The notes below the pieces were generated by a model. That model was not told where the DNA came from, searched no databases, and saw only the letters and a program-made list of their open reading frames with translations. A stretch of 64,000 bases of DNA from an uncultured Gammaproteobacteria bacterium (GTDB lineage Bacteria; Patescibacteriota; Patescibacteriia; Buchananbacterales; UBA6539). The DNA lies in NCBI GenBank assembly GCA_964540635.1, contig CAZINP010000004.1, positions 55,306 through 119,305 of the forward strand, given 5' to 3'. Both the position numbers and the translations under genes were made by a program. Each line of letters starts with the position of its first letter. Within the stretch, counting starts at the first letter, position 1. Shown here piece by piece: positions 27,974 to 38,662 of this stretch.

Positions 27974-28723
27974 ATGTATAGTGAGAATGAAAATTTTCAA
28001 CTGCCCCGGCTGCCCCGCCAAAAACTTGGTAATCAGCCGGCTTGGTATCGCCGCTGGTGGGGCATAATGATTGTGATTTTTCTTACATTGGTTTTAATTT
28101 TTTGTATTGCTTTTGCAATCTATATCGGCCAATTGGTTTACTTGGTTAAGACCGGACGTTTAGCGCCGGAACAGATTTTAGGCGATCAATCCAAAGAATC
28201 AAACAATATCAGCTTGGTTTTATCTGAAAGTTTTACTTACGGCCCAAAAGACGCCAAAGTAACAATTGTTGAATTTGGCGATTACACCTGCTCGGCTTGT
28301 AAGCAGGAATATCCGGTCGTAAAACAGCTTCTTAAAGATTACGGCGATAAGGTTTTGTTTGTTTACCGTGATTTTCCGGCCTTGCAAGACAATTCTTTGT
28401 CGGTGGTTTTAGCAGTAGCCGCCAACTGTGCCGGGCAACAAGGTAAATTTTGGGAAATGCACGACAGAATATTTCTTTATAGCGGTGATTTAACCGAAGA
28501 GGCTTTAAAAACTATTGCGATTCAAATTGGGCTGGACAGTTTGGAGTTCGGCAGCTGTTTGGCTGATCAAGAAAATCTTAAGAGAATTGAGCTTGACCTG
28601 CAGCAAGGATATAATTTAGGGGTTAGGGGAACGCCAACCTTTTTTGTAAACGGGAAAATGGTGGCCGGCGCTTTGCCTTTTAGTCTTTTTGAGACCGCCA
28701 TTACCGCGGCTCTAAGTCAATAA
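27974..28723 (+). CDS. DsbA-family thiol:disulfide oxidoreductase, membrane-anchored
   Basis: An N-terminal TM helix is present. The thioredoxin-fold active site is DYTCSACKQ (CxxC). Confidence 0.7.
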   Translation: MYSENENFQLPRLPRQKLGNQPAWYRRWWGIMIVIFLTLVLIFCIAFAIYIGQLVYLVKTGRLAPEQILGDQSKESNNISLVLSESFTYGPKDAKVTIVEFGDYTCSACKQEYPVVKQLLKDYGDKVLFVYRDFPALQDNSLSVVLAVAANCAGQQGKFWEMHDRIFLYSGDLTEEALKTIAIQIGLDSLEFGSCLADQENLKRIELDLQQGYNLGVRGTPTFFVNGKMVAGALPFSLFETAITAALSQ

Positions 28724-28726
28724 AAT

Positions 28727-29701
28727 ATGAAAAAAAATATTTTTAATTTTTTTCGGATTTTCTTAATTACCATCTTTTTTCTAACTGCTTTTGCCGGGCC
28801 GGTTTTGGCTGACTCTACCATTGATGTAACTAAGGTTGATTATCGTCCGGAAATAACAGTTGACATTGGCGGATTTGGCGGCAGTAATGATTTTGCCATG
28901 CCATCGCACACAAGTTGTGCTAATGGGGATGAGAATTGCGTAAGTATTAATTGGCTGGCAAATTACATTGCTGTAATTTATCAATACGGAATTGGTTTAG
29001 CCGCAATTTTGGCCGCAGTCATGATTTTGGTTGGCGGTTTTATTTGGCTCACCTCATTTGGTAGTCCTGACAAAATAAGTAAGGCAAAAGAATTTATTGT
29101 TGGTGCCCTAACCGGTTTGGTTTTGGCGCTTTTTTCGTATTTAATACTTTATACTCTAAACCCCAATTTAGTAAAAAATGAAGCGCTGGTTGTTTCGGGG
29201 GTGGAGACAGCAAATATGAGTTGCTGCAAACAGTCAGATGGTACCTATGCAAAAGAATCGGTTGCGGCCGGACAAAGTTGTGCTTCGGGTGAGCCGGCCG
29301 TGTCAGACGATCTTTGTCGGAGTAAGAAAGAAATTTGCGAAGAAGACAGAAAGGGTATTTATATTGCCGCAACCACCGTTTTGACTACAGATTTAAATGA
29401 GTTTTGTGAGCAGGCTTGCGAAAATGTTGATTCAACAATTGAATTGGTGGAAGAGTATAGTCGTAGCGAAGGGGGAAATAGCGCCACCGGTTGTTGTGTT
29501 TGTAAGGCCAAGAACGATATCGGCTGTTGCCATGGGGAGGCGGCCCCGATAAATTGGGTAACAGGCGGCCGCGTTGGTGTAGCCGAAGAGTGGGCTTGTA
29601 CAACCAGGTCCTATTGTCTCAACTTACCAAGAGCAAATATGAGCTTTAAGGAAATTGATGTTGAGTGTAGCGTAGAGTACTGCAAAACATTAAGCTATTA
29701 A
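28727..29701 (+). CDS. Paralog A of a signal-peptide / Cys-rich ectodomain / two-helix hairpin membrane protein family (VirB2/TrbC-pilin-like topology), with a Cys-rich C-terminal domain
   Basis: The conserved core INWLANYIAVIYQYGIGLAAILAAVMILVGGFIWLTSFGSPDKISKAKEFIVGALTGLVLALFSYLILYTLNPNLV is shared with the next two genes. The C-terminal domain has about 20 Cys. Confidence 0.5.
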   Translation: MKKNIFNFFRIFLITIFFLTAFAGPVLADSTIDVTKVDYRPEITVDIGGFGGSNDFAMPSHTSCANGDENCVSINWLANYIAVIYQYGIGLAAILAAVMILVGGFIWLTSFGSPDKISKAKEFIVGALTGLVLALFSYLILYTLNPNLVKNEALVVSGVETANMSCCKQSDGTYAKESVAAGQSCASGEPAVSDDLCRSKKEICEEDRKGIYIAATTVLTTDLNEFCEQACENVDSTIELVEEYSRSEGGNSATGCCVCKAKNDIGCCHGEAAPINWVTGGRVGVAEEWACTTRSYCLNLPRANMSFKEIDVECSVEYCKTLSY

Positions 29702-29708
29702 TTATTTT

Positions 29709-30824
29709 ATGAATAAAAAATTAAAATCAATTTTTTCATTTTTAATTATATTTTTATTTTATTTTTTCTTACTCGGCTTTTTATTTTTTCCTTCACCGAT
29801 TTTTGCTATTTGCTGTAAATGTGAAAGTACGGCTGTGACCGGCGGTCAAGAGCAAAGCGGCACTAATTGTGAGAATGTTAATATTGATAAATGTTCAGAT
29901 TTAGATCAATCTGCAAGCGCGCCTGGCGTATATACTTCAAAAAAATGCACATTAATTGATTGCTCTGATCCACTTTGTCCGGCGGCGGAAGTTGAACCAA
30001 CGGCTATCAGGCAAGAAATAAAAGAATCCGTCCCAATTTTAAATATCAAGATTGGAGGCACCCTTATCCAGTTTGATCCGGTCAAATGCGGGCCGGGCGA
30101 AGTCTGCCCGATTTCTTGGTTGGCGCAGTATATCAATGTTTTGTTTAAGTATTTAATTGGTATTGCCGCTATTTTATCAGCCGTAGTGATTTTATTTGGC
30201 GGCTTTGTTTGGCTAACTTCATTCGGCAGTCCGGAAAAGGTTAAACAAGCCAAGGATTATATTATCGGTGCGATGACCGGTTTGTTTTTGGCTTTATTTT
30301 CTTATTTGATTTTATTTACGATAAATCCAAATTTGGTAAATTTTAATCCGATTAATTTAAAGGTGGTTAAGCCATTGGTTGCTGAAGGCTTTGGTGTTGG
30401 TGCCTCAGGTGAAGGTTCCGGTGGTACCGGAGGCCAAAGTATTGGTCCAGGCGGTGGCGATGGCAGCGGTACGGTCAGTAATACCGGACTGACTGATTAT
30501 ACGGTTCAAAAGATTTCAGAGTACGAAGCGCATGGTTGTGAGGTTACCGGCAGGTGGAGACCGGACGGCGCTGGTAGTCGTCATCAGTCTGGTTATGCAG
30601 TCGATTTTGCTTATACTGTGGGAGATTCTTGTTATAATTATATTACTCAAAATGCCCAAACGACCGTTGATGAGGCACGGAGTTGGTGGCACGAATATTA
30701 TATTATGCCCGACGGTTCAGTTTGGGTTCACGAAAATAATGCAGTTACTGGTGGTTCCGGACCCCACTGGCATGTGGAATTTCCAGATCCCAATGGTAAT
30801 TGGGAGTGGCGTGAAGCCAGGTAA
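29709..30824 (+). CDS. Paralog B with the same hairpin core, plus a Gly-rich linker and a C-terminal LAS/M15-like zinc peptidase (peptidoglycan hydrolase-like) domain
   Basis: The core ISWLAQYINVLFKYLIGIAAILSAVVILFGGFVWLTSFGSPEKVKQAKDYIIGA... is present. The C-terminus carries SRHQSGYAVDF and HWHVEF, matching the LAS family H-x(3-6)-D and H-x-H motifs. Confidence 0.55.
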   Translation: MNKKLKSIFSFLIIFLFYFFLLGFLFFPSPIFAICCKCESTAVTGGQEQSGTNCENVNIDKCSDLDQSASAPGVYTSKKCTLIDCSDPLCPAAEVEPTAIRQEIKESVPILNIKIGGTLIQFDPVKCGPGEVCPISWLAQYINVLFKYLIGIAAILSAVVILFGGFVWLTSFGSPEKVKQAKDYIIGAMTGLFLALFSYLILFTINPNLVNFNPINLKVVKPLVAEGFGVGASGEGSGGTGGQSIGPGGGDGSGTVSNTGLTDYTVQKISEYEAHGCEVTGRWRPDGAGSRHQSGYAVDFAYTVGDSCYNYITQNAQTTVDEARSWWHEYYIMPDGSVWVHENNAVTGGSGPHWHVEFPDPNGNWEWREAR

Positions 30825-30855
30825 CGCGATAATTTTATAATTACGATTTTATAAA

Positions 30856-32013
30856 TTGATGTTTATGTGTTCTGGAAATAATAAAAATAGATACTTATTT
30901 TTTTTGTTATTATTTTTCATTTTTGCTCCGATTTTTTGTTTGGCAGAAACCAGATGTTATTGCTATGAATCTTCAAGCGATCCCGATGGTGGCGCCGGTC
31001 GATATTTTTCAATAAATTGTCCGGATGAAAATTGTGACGAGGGCGACTGTCGATATTATCAATGTGCGCCGGACACCGTCCCAATAACTGAGATAAGGGA
31101 TTATCAAGCGCAAACCCAATCCGATAAGCTAAAAAAGCAGATTGAAATAACCACCCCTGTTTTGCAGGTTGATATCGGCGACACCTCAATCCAATTTGAT
31201 CCGGTTAAGTGTAGTGCCGGAACTGATTGTGAAATTCCTTGGTTGGCCCAATATATTAAAGTAATTTTTCAGTACTTGGTTGGTTTGGCTGCTATTGCTT
31301 CGGCCGCAGTGATTTTATTTGGCGGGTTTGTTTGGCTAACTTCATTTGGCAGTCCGGAAAAAGTCAAACAAGCCAAGGATTATATTGTTGGGGCTTTTGT
31401 TGGGTTGTTTTTAGCTTTATTTTCTTATTTAATTTTGTTTATCGTTAATCCAAATTTAGTAAATTTTAAACCATTTAGCATATTAAGCGTTAGTCCTTTA
31501 TCAGCGCCCGCTTGGACTTTTTCCGGTTCAACTGGCGGCTCTTCCTCGGTCGGTTCCGGAGGAGTTGGATCGGGGAACGGCATTGTCGGTGATTATGATT
31601 TTTCTAGATATGCAACCAGTGGTACGCACGCTCAAAGGTTGAGAGATTTGGTAGCAGGAATGGGACCGATTACAAACGCGCAACAGGCTCAAGTTTTTAT
31701 TGATCGTTATCCCGGCTCACCAATAACCGGAGAGATGATTATGAGTACGGCTGAAAGATACAATATTGATCCGGCTGTACTTCTGGCTGAGTTGGCTCAG
31801 GATAGCAGCATGGGAACTGCGGGTCGGGGGGCGGATAGTAATAATCCTGGAAATTATGCCAATGCTGACAATGAAGCGGACACAAGATCTGGGTGTAGAT
31901 CGCCCGGTTATATTTGTACCTCAGAAAATGGTACTGTAAATTGTTGTTTTTCTACTTGGCAAGAAGGGGTAGATGCAGTGGGTGGTTGGCTTGACAGACA
32001 CAGAACAAATTAA
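30856..32013 (+). CDS. Paralog C with the same hairpin core, plus a C-terminal glucosaminidase/lysozyme-like candidate domain
   Basis: The core is about 90% identical to paralog B at the nucleotide level (31180-31480 vs 30060-30360). The C-terminus ERYNIDPAVLLAELAQDSSMGTAG...NNPGNY resembles muramidase/glucosaminidase motifs, but this is weak. Confidence 0.45.
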   Translation: MMFMCSGNNKNRYLFFLLLFFIFAPIFCLAETRCYCYESSSDPDGGAGRYFSINCPDENCDEGDCRYYQCAPDTVPITEIRDYQAQTQSDKLKKQIEITTPVLQVDIGDTSIQFDPVKCSAGTDCEIPWLAQYIKVIFQYLVGLAAIASAAVILFGGFVWLTSFGSPEKVKQAKDYIVGAFVGLFLALFSYLILFIVNPNLVNFKPFSILSVSPLSAPAWTFSGSTGGSSSVGSGGVGSGNGIVGDYDFSRYATSGTHAQRLRDLVAGMGPITNAQQAQVFIDRYPGSPITGEMIMSTAERYNIDPAVLLAELAQDSSMGTAGRGADSNNPGNYANADNEADTRSGCRSPGYICTSENGTVNCCFSTWQEGVDAVGGWLDRHRTN

Positions 32014-32018
32014 ATACC

Positions 32019-32047
32019 CACCATTAAATTGACATATAACAATTCTT
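32019..32047 (+). promoter_or_regulatory. Consensus sigma70 promoter TTGACA-17-TATAAT for uvrA
   Basis: Perfect -35 and -10 hexamers are read directly. Confidence 0.65.
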
Positions 32048-32108
32048 CGCGTATAATGGGTATTTAGTTAGTTGACTAGATACCTTTTATTTTTTATTTT
32101 TTCTCTTT

Positions 32109-34943
32109 ATGCCCAAGACAATCAAAATCCGCGGCGCCAGAGTTCATAATTTAAAAAACGTTGACGTTGATATTCCGCGAGATAAACTCGTTGTGCTAAC
32201 GGGAATTTCCGGTTCGGGAAAATCGTCTTTGGCTTTTGATACGATTTATGCTGAAGGGCAGAGGCGTTATGTGGAATCACTTTCCACTTACGCCAGACAA
32301 TTTCTAGGTTTAATGGATAAACCGGATGTTGATGCGATCGAAGGTTTGTCGCCGGCAATCTCTATTGACCAGAGAACAACTATGACCAACCCGCGTTCAA
32401 CTGTTGGTACGATTACGGAAATCTATGATTATCTTCGTTTGCTTTTTTCGCGCATCGGTCATGTCCACTGCCCCAAATGCGGCCAAGAATTAACCGAGCA
32501 ATCCGCCGGTCAAATTATCACTCAAGTTTTATCATTGATTAAAAGTAAGCCTCCCAAAGAGGTTTTAATTTTGGCTCCAACGCCGTTTAATCAAAAAGAC
32601 GGACAGCAAAAAACCATTGCTGAAATAAAAAGTTCCGGCTTTAAAAAGATTCGTTTGGACGGGGTAATTTATGAATTAGATAAACCGAATTTGCCCGCGC
32701 CGACCGAAAAAAGCCGGATGGAAATCGTGGTCTCTCAAATAAAATATAATTCCAAGCAGGCCGAAATTTTTAAAGAAGAATTTAACCGGTCTGTTGATTT
32801 GGCTTTAGACTTAGGTGATGGTCAGATTATTATTGCCCTGGATGATAATGAGCACTTTTTTTCCCAGCATTATTTTTGCCGAAGTTGTAATTTAACCCTG
32901 CCTCACTTGGAGCCGAGAAATTTTTCTTTTAATTCTCCGGCCGGCGCTTGTCCAAAATGCTTGGGTTTAGGCACTCGCCTGGAAGTTGATCCGGAGTTGG
33001 TTATTCCCAACGAGCGTTTGACTTTGGCGCAAGGGGCGATAAAACCCTGGGCTAGAAATTTTGCCAACCAAAATATTTACCTCCAGCTTTTGAAGGCCGT
33101 AGCCAGAGATAATAATTTTTCTTTGGATGTGCCGGTGCAAGATTTAGCGCCTAAAATTAAAGATTTAATTTTAAATGGCAGCAAAGAAAAAGAATACTTG
33201 GTTGGTGAAGAAAAAATGCCATTCAAAGGTGTCCTCACGATTTTGGAAGAAAAGCATGCTCAAACCACTTCGGATTATTTGCGCTCGGAAATTGAACAGT
33301 ATATGCGCGTTTTTACTTGTCCGACCTGTCAGGGTAAACGTTTGAAAGAAATTTCTTTAGCCGTAACCGTTGGTGGTCTAAATATTTCTGAAATTACCAA
33401 CCAAACCATTGAAAGCGCCATTGAATATTTTCAAAAGATTTCCAAAGAAAGCAAGGGCAAGGAAGCTTTAAGTTCGCGCGAGCAAAAAATTGCCACCCAG
33501 ATTAATAAAGAGATAATTTCGCGTTTGAATTATTTAAACAGCGTCGGTTTGGGTTACTTGACTTTAGACAGACCGGCAGCCACTTTGGCCGGCGGTGAAG
33601 CACAAAGAATCAGGCTAGCAACCCAATTGGGTTTATCTTTGACCGGAATTGTTTATATTTTGGACGAACCTTCCATTGGTTTGCATCAGCGCGACAATCA
33701 AAAGCTGATTGACACGCTAAAATATTTACGCGACTTGGGCAATACCGTTATTGTTGTTGAACACGATAATATGACCATGGAAGCGGCCGACTTAATTATT
33801 GATGTTGGCCCGGGAGCGGGTGAAGCGGGTGGTAAAATTGTGGCCATGGGCAGTCCGAGTGAAATTAAAAAGAATAAAAATTCTCTAACCGGCAAATATC
33901 TTTCCGGAGAATTAAAAATCAAGCCGCCAAAAACTTATCGCAAGGGAAGTGGTAAGTATATTGAAATTATTGGCGCGCAAGAATTCAATTTAAAAAATGT
34001 CAATGCTAAAATTCCTCTGGGTAAATTTGTTTGCTTAACCGGTGTTTCCGGTTCGGGCAAGAGCACCTTAATGCTTGAAATTTTGGTTAAAGCTTTGGCT
34101 AAGAAATTTTACCGCGCCAAGGACACTCCGGGTAAGCACAAAGAAATTAAAGGCATTGAAAATATTGATAAAGTTATTGCCATTGATCAATCTTCAATTG
34201 GCCGAACACCGAGATCAAACCCCGCCACTTATACCGGTGTTTTTACTTATATTCGCGATTTATTCACTGAAATTCAAGAGTCAAAAGTTCGCGGTTATCG
34301 CGCCGGTAAATTCAGTTTTAATTCTCAAGCCGGTCGATGTGATTATTGTGGCGGCGAGGGGATGGTAAAAATTGAAATGCAGTTTTTGCCTGACGTTTAT
34401 ATTCAATGTGAAGAATGCCACGGCAAGCGCTATAAGCAAGAAGTGCTTGAGGTGCATTATCAGGGCAAAAATATTGCAGATATTTTGGATATGTCTGTGG
34501 AAGAAGCAATGAAGTTTTTTAAGAATCATCAGATAATTTATACAAAATTAAAAACATTGTATGAAGTGGGGTTGGGTTATGTGAAGTTAGGCCAGCCGGC
34601 AACAACCTTGTCCGGTGGTGAAGCGCAAAGGGTTAAACTTTCAACCGAACTTTCGCGCCGTTCCAGCGGTAAGACCCTCTACATTTTGGATGAACCGACA
34701 ACCGGCTTGCACTACGAAGATATTAAGCAGTTGTTGCTGGTTTTAAATAAACTGGTTGATAAAGGTAATACAGTTTTGATAATTGAGCATAATTTGGATG
34801 TGATTAAATGTGCCGACTGGATAATTGATATGGGCCCGGAAGGCGGCAGTGGCGGCGGTAAAATTGTGGCCGAAGGCACGCCGGGAGAAATTGTTAAGGC
34901 AAAAGGATCTTTAACCGGGAAATATTTAAAAGAAGTAATGTAA
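32109..34943 (+). CDS. uvrA: Excinuclease ABC subunit A
   Basis: 944 aa with duplicated ABC ATPase modules ([18 protein letters not shown]) and zinc-finger Cys pairs. Confidence 0.95.
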   Translation: MPKTIKIRGARVHNLKNVDVDIPRDKLVVLTGISGSGKSSLAFDTIYAEGQRRYVESLSTYARQFLGLMDKPDVDAIEGLSPAISIDQRTTMTNPRSTVGTITEIYDYLRLLFSRIGHVHCPKCGQELTEQSAGQIITQVLSLIKSKPPKEVLILAPTPFNQKDGQQKTIAEIKSSGFKKIRLDGVIYELDKPNLPAPTEKSRMEIVVSQIKYNSKQAEIFKEEFNRSVDLALDLGDGQIIIALDDNEHFFSQHYFCRSCNLTLPHLEPRNFSFNSPAGACPKCLGLGTRLEVDPELVIPNERLTLAQGAIKPWARNFANQNIYLQLLKAVARDNNFSLDVPVQDLAPKIKDLILNGSKEKEYLVGEEKMPFKGVLTILEEKHAQTTSDYLRSEIEQYMRVFTCPTCQGKRLKEISLAVTVGGLNISEITNQTIESAIEYFQKISKESKGKEALSSREQKIATQINKEIISRLNYLNSVGLGYLTLDRPAATLAGGEAQRIRLATQLGLSLTGIVYILDEPSIGLHQRDNQKLIDTLKYLRDLGNTVIVVEHDNMTMEAADLIIDVGPGAGEAGGKIVAMGSPSEIKKNKNSLTGKYLSGELKIKPPKTYRKGSGKYIEIIGAQEFNLKNVNAKIPLGKFVCLTGVSGSGKSTLMLEILVKALAKKFYRAKDTPGKHKEIKGIENIDKVIAIDQSSIGRTPRSNPATYTGVFTYIRDLFTEIQESKVRGYRAGKFSFNSQAGRCDYCGGEGMVKIEMQFLPDVYIQCEECHGKRYKQEVLEVHYQGKNIADILDMSVEEAMKFFKNHQIIYTKLKTLYEVGLGYVKLGQPATTLSGGEAQRVKLSTELSRRSSGKTLYILDEPTTGLHYEDIKQLLLVLNKLVDKGNTVLIIEHNLDVIKCADWIIDMGPEGGSGGGKIVAEGTPGEIVKAKGSLTGKYLKEVM

Positions 34944-34954
34944 TAAAGATAAGA

Positions 34955-34982
34955 AAGACGGCCCGCATGGGCCGTCTTTTTG
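34955..34982 (+). terminator. Intrinsic terminator after uvrA
   Basis: AAGACGGCCCgcatGGGCCGTCTT is followed by T5. Confidence 0.75.
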
Positions 34983-35094
34983 TTGTGCCGTCACAAAACA
35001 AGGACAAGTAATTTTGGATGGTCATTATAACTTGAAAAAACCTTGATTTTATGTTAATCTATTATTGTTTTTAAAGATTATATTTTGATTTTTT

Positions 35095-37536
35095 GTGTCT
35101 ACTAATAATTACGACCCAAAGACAATTGAATCCAAGTGGCAGCAATATTGGGAAGAAAAAAAGGTGTTTGCCGCTCAGGACAATTCTCCAAAGCCTAAAT
35201 TTTATTGTTTAATTGAGTTTCCTTATCCCTCCGGCGAAGGTTTGCACGTCGGCCATCCCAGGAGTTATACGGCTATGGATATTTTGGCGCGCAAACGCCG
35301 CATGCAAGGCTTTAATGTTTTATATCCCATTGGTTTTGATGCTTTTGGTTTGCCCTCAGAAAATTATGCAATCAAAACCGGCATTCATCCGGCAATTACC
35401 ACGGAAAAAAATATTGAGAACTTTACCCGACAACTCAAGTCAATCGGTTTTTCTTTTGATTGGGACAGGCAAGTGGTTACTACCGATCCGAACTATTACA
35501 AATGGACACAATGGATATTTTTAAAAATGTATGAGAATAATTTGGCGTATAAAGCCAAAATTCCAATTAATTGGTGTCCGTCATGCAAAATTGGCTTAGC
35601 CAACGAAGAGGTGGTAAACGGCGCTTGCGAACGTTGCGGCACGGAAGTGGAAAAACGCGAAAAAGAACAATGGATGTTTAAAATTACCGATTATGCTGAT
35701 CGTTTAATTGAAGATTTGGAAAATGTTGACTATTTGGATAGGATAAAAGCCCAGCAGATAAATTGGATTGGCCGCAGTCAAGGCGCCCAAGTTGATTTTG
35801 AAGTAAAAGCTAAAGATAAAAAAGAAATCTCCAATAAGTTAACCGTTTTTACCACTCGGCCGGATACGCTTTTTGGTGTTACCTTTATGGTAATCTCTCC
35901 CGAGCACGAGATTGTTGAGACTTTAAAATCAGAAATCAAGAATTTAAAAGAAGTTAAAGCTTATCAAGATTCAGCCAGAAAGAAGTCTGATTTGGAAAGA
36001 ACGGAATTGAATAAAGAAAAAACCGGTGTTTTGCTGGACGGCATTGTTGCTCTTAATCCGGTTAACGGAAAATCCATTCCAATTTTTATTGCCGATTACG
36101 TTTTATCAACTTACGGTACCGGCGCGATTATGGCTGTACCGGGTCATGATCAACGAGATTGGGATTTTGCTAAAAAATATAAACTGCCAATCATTGAAGT
36201 AATATCGGGCGGGGATGTTTCAAAACAGGCTTATGTGGACACGGAGAAAGGGATGTTGGTTAATTCCGGAAATTTTTCGGGCATGACAGTCGAAAAAGCG
36301 ATAAGTGAAATTATTGATTGGTTGGAAGTAAGAAATATCGGCCAGAAAAAGATCAATTATAAATTGCGAGACTGGGTTTTTTCACGTCAGCGATATTGGG
36401 GTGAACCGATCCCAATGGTTAAATGTGAAAAATGCGGTTGGGTGCCGTTGCCGGAAAAGGATCTGCCTTTGCTTTTGCCGGATGTAAAAAAATACGAACC
36501 AACCGATGATGGCCAATCGCCTTTGGCAAATATTAGCGAGTGGGTTAAAACCAAATGTCCAAAGTGTGATGGCCCGGCTTTGCGCGAAACTGACACAATG
36601 CCAAATTGGGCCGGGTCTAATTGGTATTTTTTGCGCTACATCGACCCAAAGAACAACAAGGCTTTTGCCAGTAAGGAAAAGTTGGAATATTGGGCGCCGA
36701 TTGATTGGTATAACGGCGGCATGGAACACACAACTTTGCATTTGCTTTATTCCCGATTTATTTATAAATTTTTGTATGACATCAAAGCGGTTCCGGAATC
36801 TTGTGGTTCCGAGCCGTACAAAAAGAGAACATCTCATGGCATGATATTGGGCGAAGGCGGAGAGAAGATGTCAAAGTCGCGCGGTAATGTGGTCAATCCC
36901 GATCAGGTTATTGATGAATATGGCGCTGACACTTTAAGGGTTTACGAAATGTTTATGGGACCGTTTGATCAGGCAATTCCTTGGGATACCAAGGGTGTGA
37001 TTGGCGTAAGGAGATTTTTAGAAAGGGTTTGGCAAGTTTTTGACGGCAGCATTAAAATTTCAAAAGAAATTCCCGAAGAGCTGGCGGTTTTATTAAACAA
37101 AACCGTTAAAAAAGTTGGCGATGATATTGAGAGCCAGGCTTATAATACCGCAATTTCGGCCATTATGATCTTGGTTAATAAAATTTTGGAGGTTGGAGTT
37201 ATGGATGAAAATACCGCCAAGTCTTTATTGCTAATACTCAGTCCATTTGCTCCGCACTTGGCAGAAGAATTATGGCTTAAGTCAAAATATAAAGGTTTGG
37301 CTTGCCAGCAGCTTTGGCCCAAGTATGATTCAGGTTTGCTTGTCGGTCAAGAATATTTATTGGTTGTTCAGGTTAATGGTAAGGTGAAAGATAAAATTTC
37401 TGTTTTGTCTTCCGTCGATGAACAACAGGCGGAAAATTTAGCCAAACAAAGCCCAAAGATTGCACCTTTGTTGGCTGGCAAGACTGTAAGGAACGTGATT
37501 TTTGTTCCGGGTAGGCTGATAAATTTTGTCATCTAA
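35095..37536 (+). CDS. leuS: Leucyl-tRNA synthetase (GTG start)
   Basis: HVGH (LHVGHPRSY), KMSKS (EKMSKSRGN), and the editing and zinc-finger insertion architecture are present. Confidence 0.9.
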   Translation: MSTNNYDPKTIESKWQQYWEEKKVFAAQDNSPKPKFYCLIEFPYPSGEGLHVGHPRSYTAMDILARKRRMQGFNVLYPIGFDAFGLPSENYAIKTGIHPAITTEKNIENFTRQLKSIGFSFDWDRQVVTTDPNYYKWTQWIFLKMYENNLAYKAKIPINWCPSCKIGLANEEVVNGACERCGTEVEKREKEQWMFKITDYADRLIEDLENVDYLDRIKAQQINWIGRSQGAQVDFEVKAKDKKEISNKLTVFTTRPDTLFGVTFMVISPEHEIVETLKSEIKNLKEVKAYQDSARKKSDLERTELNKEKTGVLLDGIVALNPVNGKSIPIFIADYVLSTYGTGAIMAVPGHDQRDWDFAKKYKLPIIEVISGGDVSKQAYVDTEKGMLVNSGNFSGMTVEKAISEIIDWLEVRNIGQKKINYKLRDWVFSRQRYWGEPIPMVKCEKCGWVPLPEKDLPLLLPDVKKYEPTDDGQSPLANISEWVKTKCPKCDGPALRETDTMPNWAGSNWYFLRYIDPKNNKAFASKEKLEYWAPIDWYNGGMEHTTLHLLYSRFIYKFLYDIKAVPESCGSEPYKKRTSHGMILGEGGEKMSKSRGNVVNPDQVIDEYGADTLRVYEMFMGPFDQAIPWDTKGVIGVRRFLERVWQVFDGSIKISKEIPEELAVLLNKTVKKVGDDIESQAYNTAISAIMILVNKILEVGVMDENTAKSLLLILSPFAPHLAEELWLKSKYKGLACQQLWPKYDSGLLVGQEYLLVVQVNGKVKDKISVLSSVDEQQAENLAKQSPKIAPLLAGKTVRNVIFVPGRLINFVI

Positions 37537-37542
37537 TATTTT

Positions 37543-38559
37543 ATGCATTTTATCCAAGTCAACGAAGATTATAAGCAGATGTGGGATACTTTTATTTCTC
37601 ACTACGCAAAAGATGGCGGCCTTTTACAGTCTTGGGCTTGGGGTGATTTTCAGAAAACCCTTGATAATAAAATTTTTCGTTTAGTCGGTATTGATGAAAA
37701 CGGTGCCATTCAAGCGGCAGCATCAGTTATAAAATTGGAAATGCATTTTGAGTATAATTATTTGTATTGCCCACGTGGACCGGTTTTTGGCGAACTCAAC
37801 GACCAGGAGCAAATTGATTTTTTTTCAGAAATTAAAAAATTGGCTTTGGCGGAAAAAAGTTTTATGGTAAAAATTGATCCGGCCTGGCCGCTTGAATCAG
37901 AGAATAGATTATCAACTTTCGGTTATCGAAAAAGCGAAAAAGAAATTCAGCCAAAATGTCGCTTTGTGATTGACCTAGAAAAAAGCGAAGAAGAACTTTT
38001 GGCCGGCATGAAACAAAAAACAAGATATAATATAAATCTAGCCAAAAAACACGGCGTTAATGTGCGCATCAGTTGTGAGTTGGCCGACATTGAACCGTTC
38101 TGGCAATTAACCAAACAAACCGCCGGCCGTGATGGGTTTAAACCTCACCCGAAAGAGCATTATAAGAAAATGTTTGATGTTTTATGTGCTTCCGGCTTGA
38201 TGAGTGCTTTTTCGGCTGAGTTCGGTGGGCACGTTATTGGCAGTAATCTTATGGCTTTTTATGGCAATACGGCAGTTTATTTGCACGGGGCATCATCAGA
38301 TATGCATCGCGAAGTGATGGCACCATATTTGCTTCAATGGGAAGGAATTTTGGCGGCCAAGAGATTGGGTTTGAAATATTATGATTTTGGCGGCGTTAAC
38401 GGTAAAACTTTTTTTAACGAAAAATGGGAAGGTATCAGCCGTTTTAAATCAGGATTTTCTCAAGACGCCCAACCGCAGGAATTTATTGGTTGTTACGAAA
38501 AAATTATTAACCCCGTTATTTATTCGGTTTATAAGTTTGTTAAACAGATTAGAGGATAA
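37543..38559 (+). CDS. FemAB-family peptidoglycan bridge aminoacyl-tRNA transferase
   Basis: About 340 aa with FemABX-like motifs (WAWGDF, YLYCPRGPV, KFKSGF), immediately downstream of leuS. Confidence 0.6.
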   Translation: MHFIQVNEDYKQMWDTFISHYAKDGGLLQSWAWGDFQKTLDNKIFRLVGIDENGAIQAAASVIKLEMHFEYNYLYCPRGPVFGELNDQEQIDFFSEIKKLALAEKSFMVKIDPAWPLESENRLSTFGYRKSEKEIQPKCRFVIDLEKSEEELLAGMKQKTRYNINLAKKHGVNVRISCELADIEPFWQLTKQTAGRDGFKPHPKEHYKKMFDVLCASGLMSAFSAEFGGHVIGSNLMAFYGNTAVYLHGASSDMHREVMAPYLLQWEGILAAKRLGLKYYDFGGVNGKTFFNEKWEGISRFKSGFSQDAQPQEFIGCYEKIINPVIYSVYKFVKQIRG

Positions 38560-38662
38560 GGGGCAAAATCCCAAATCCCAAACCTCAAACAAATCTCAAA
38601 TTTAAAACTTCAAATTCCAAACCACCGTCTACTAACGTTTAGGATTTGGTGCTTTAATTATT

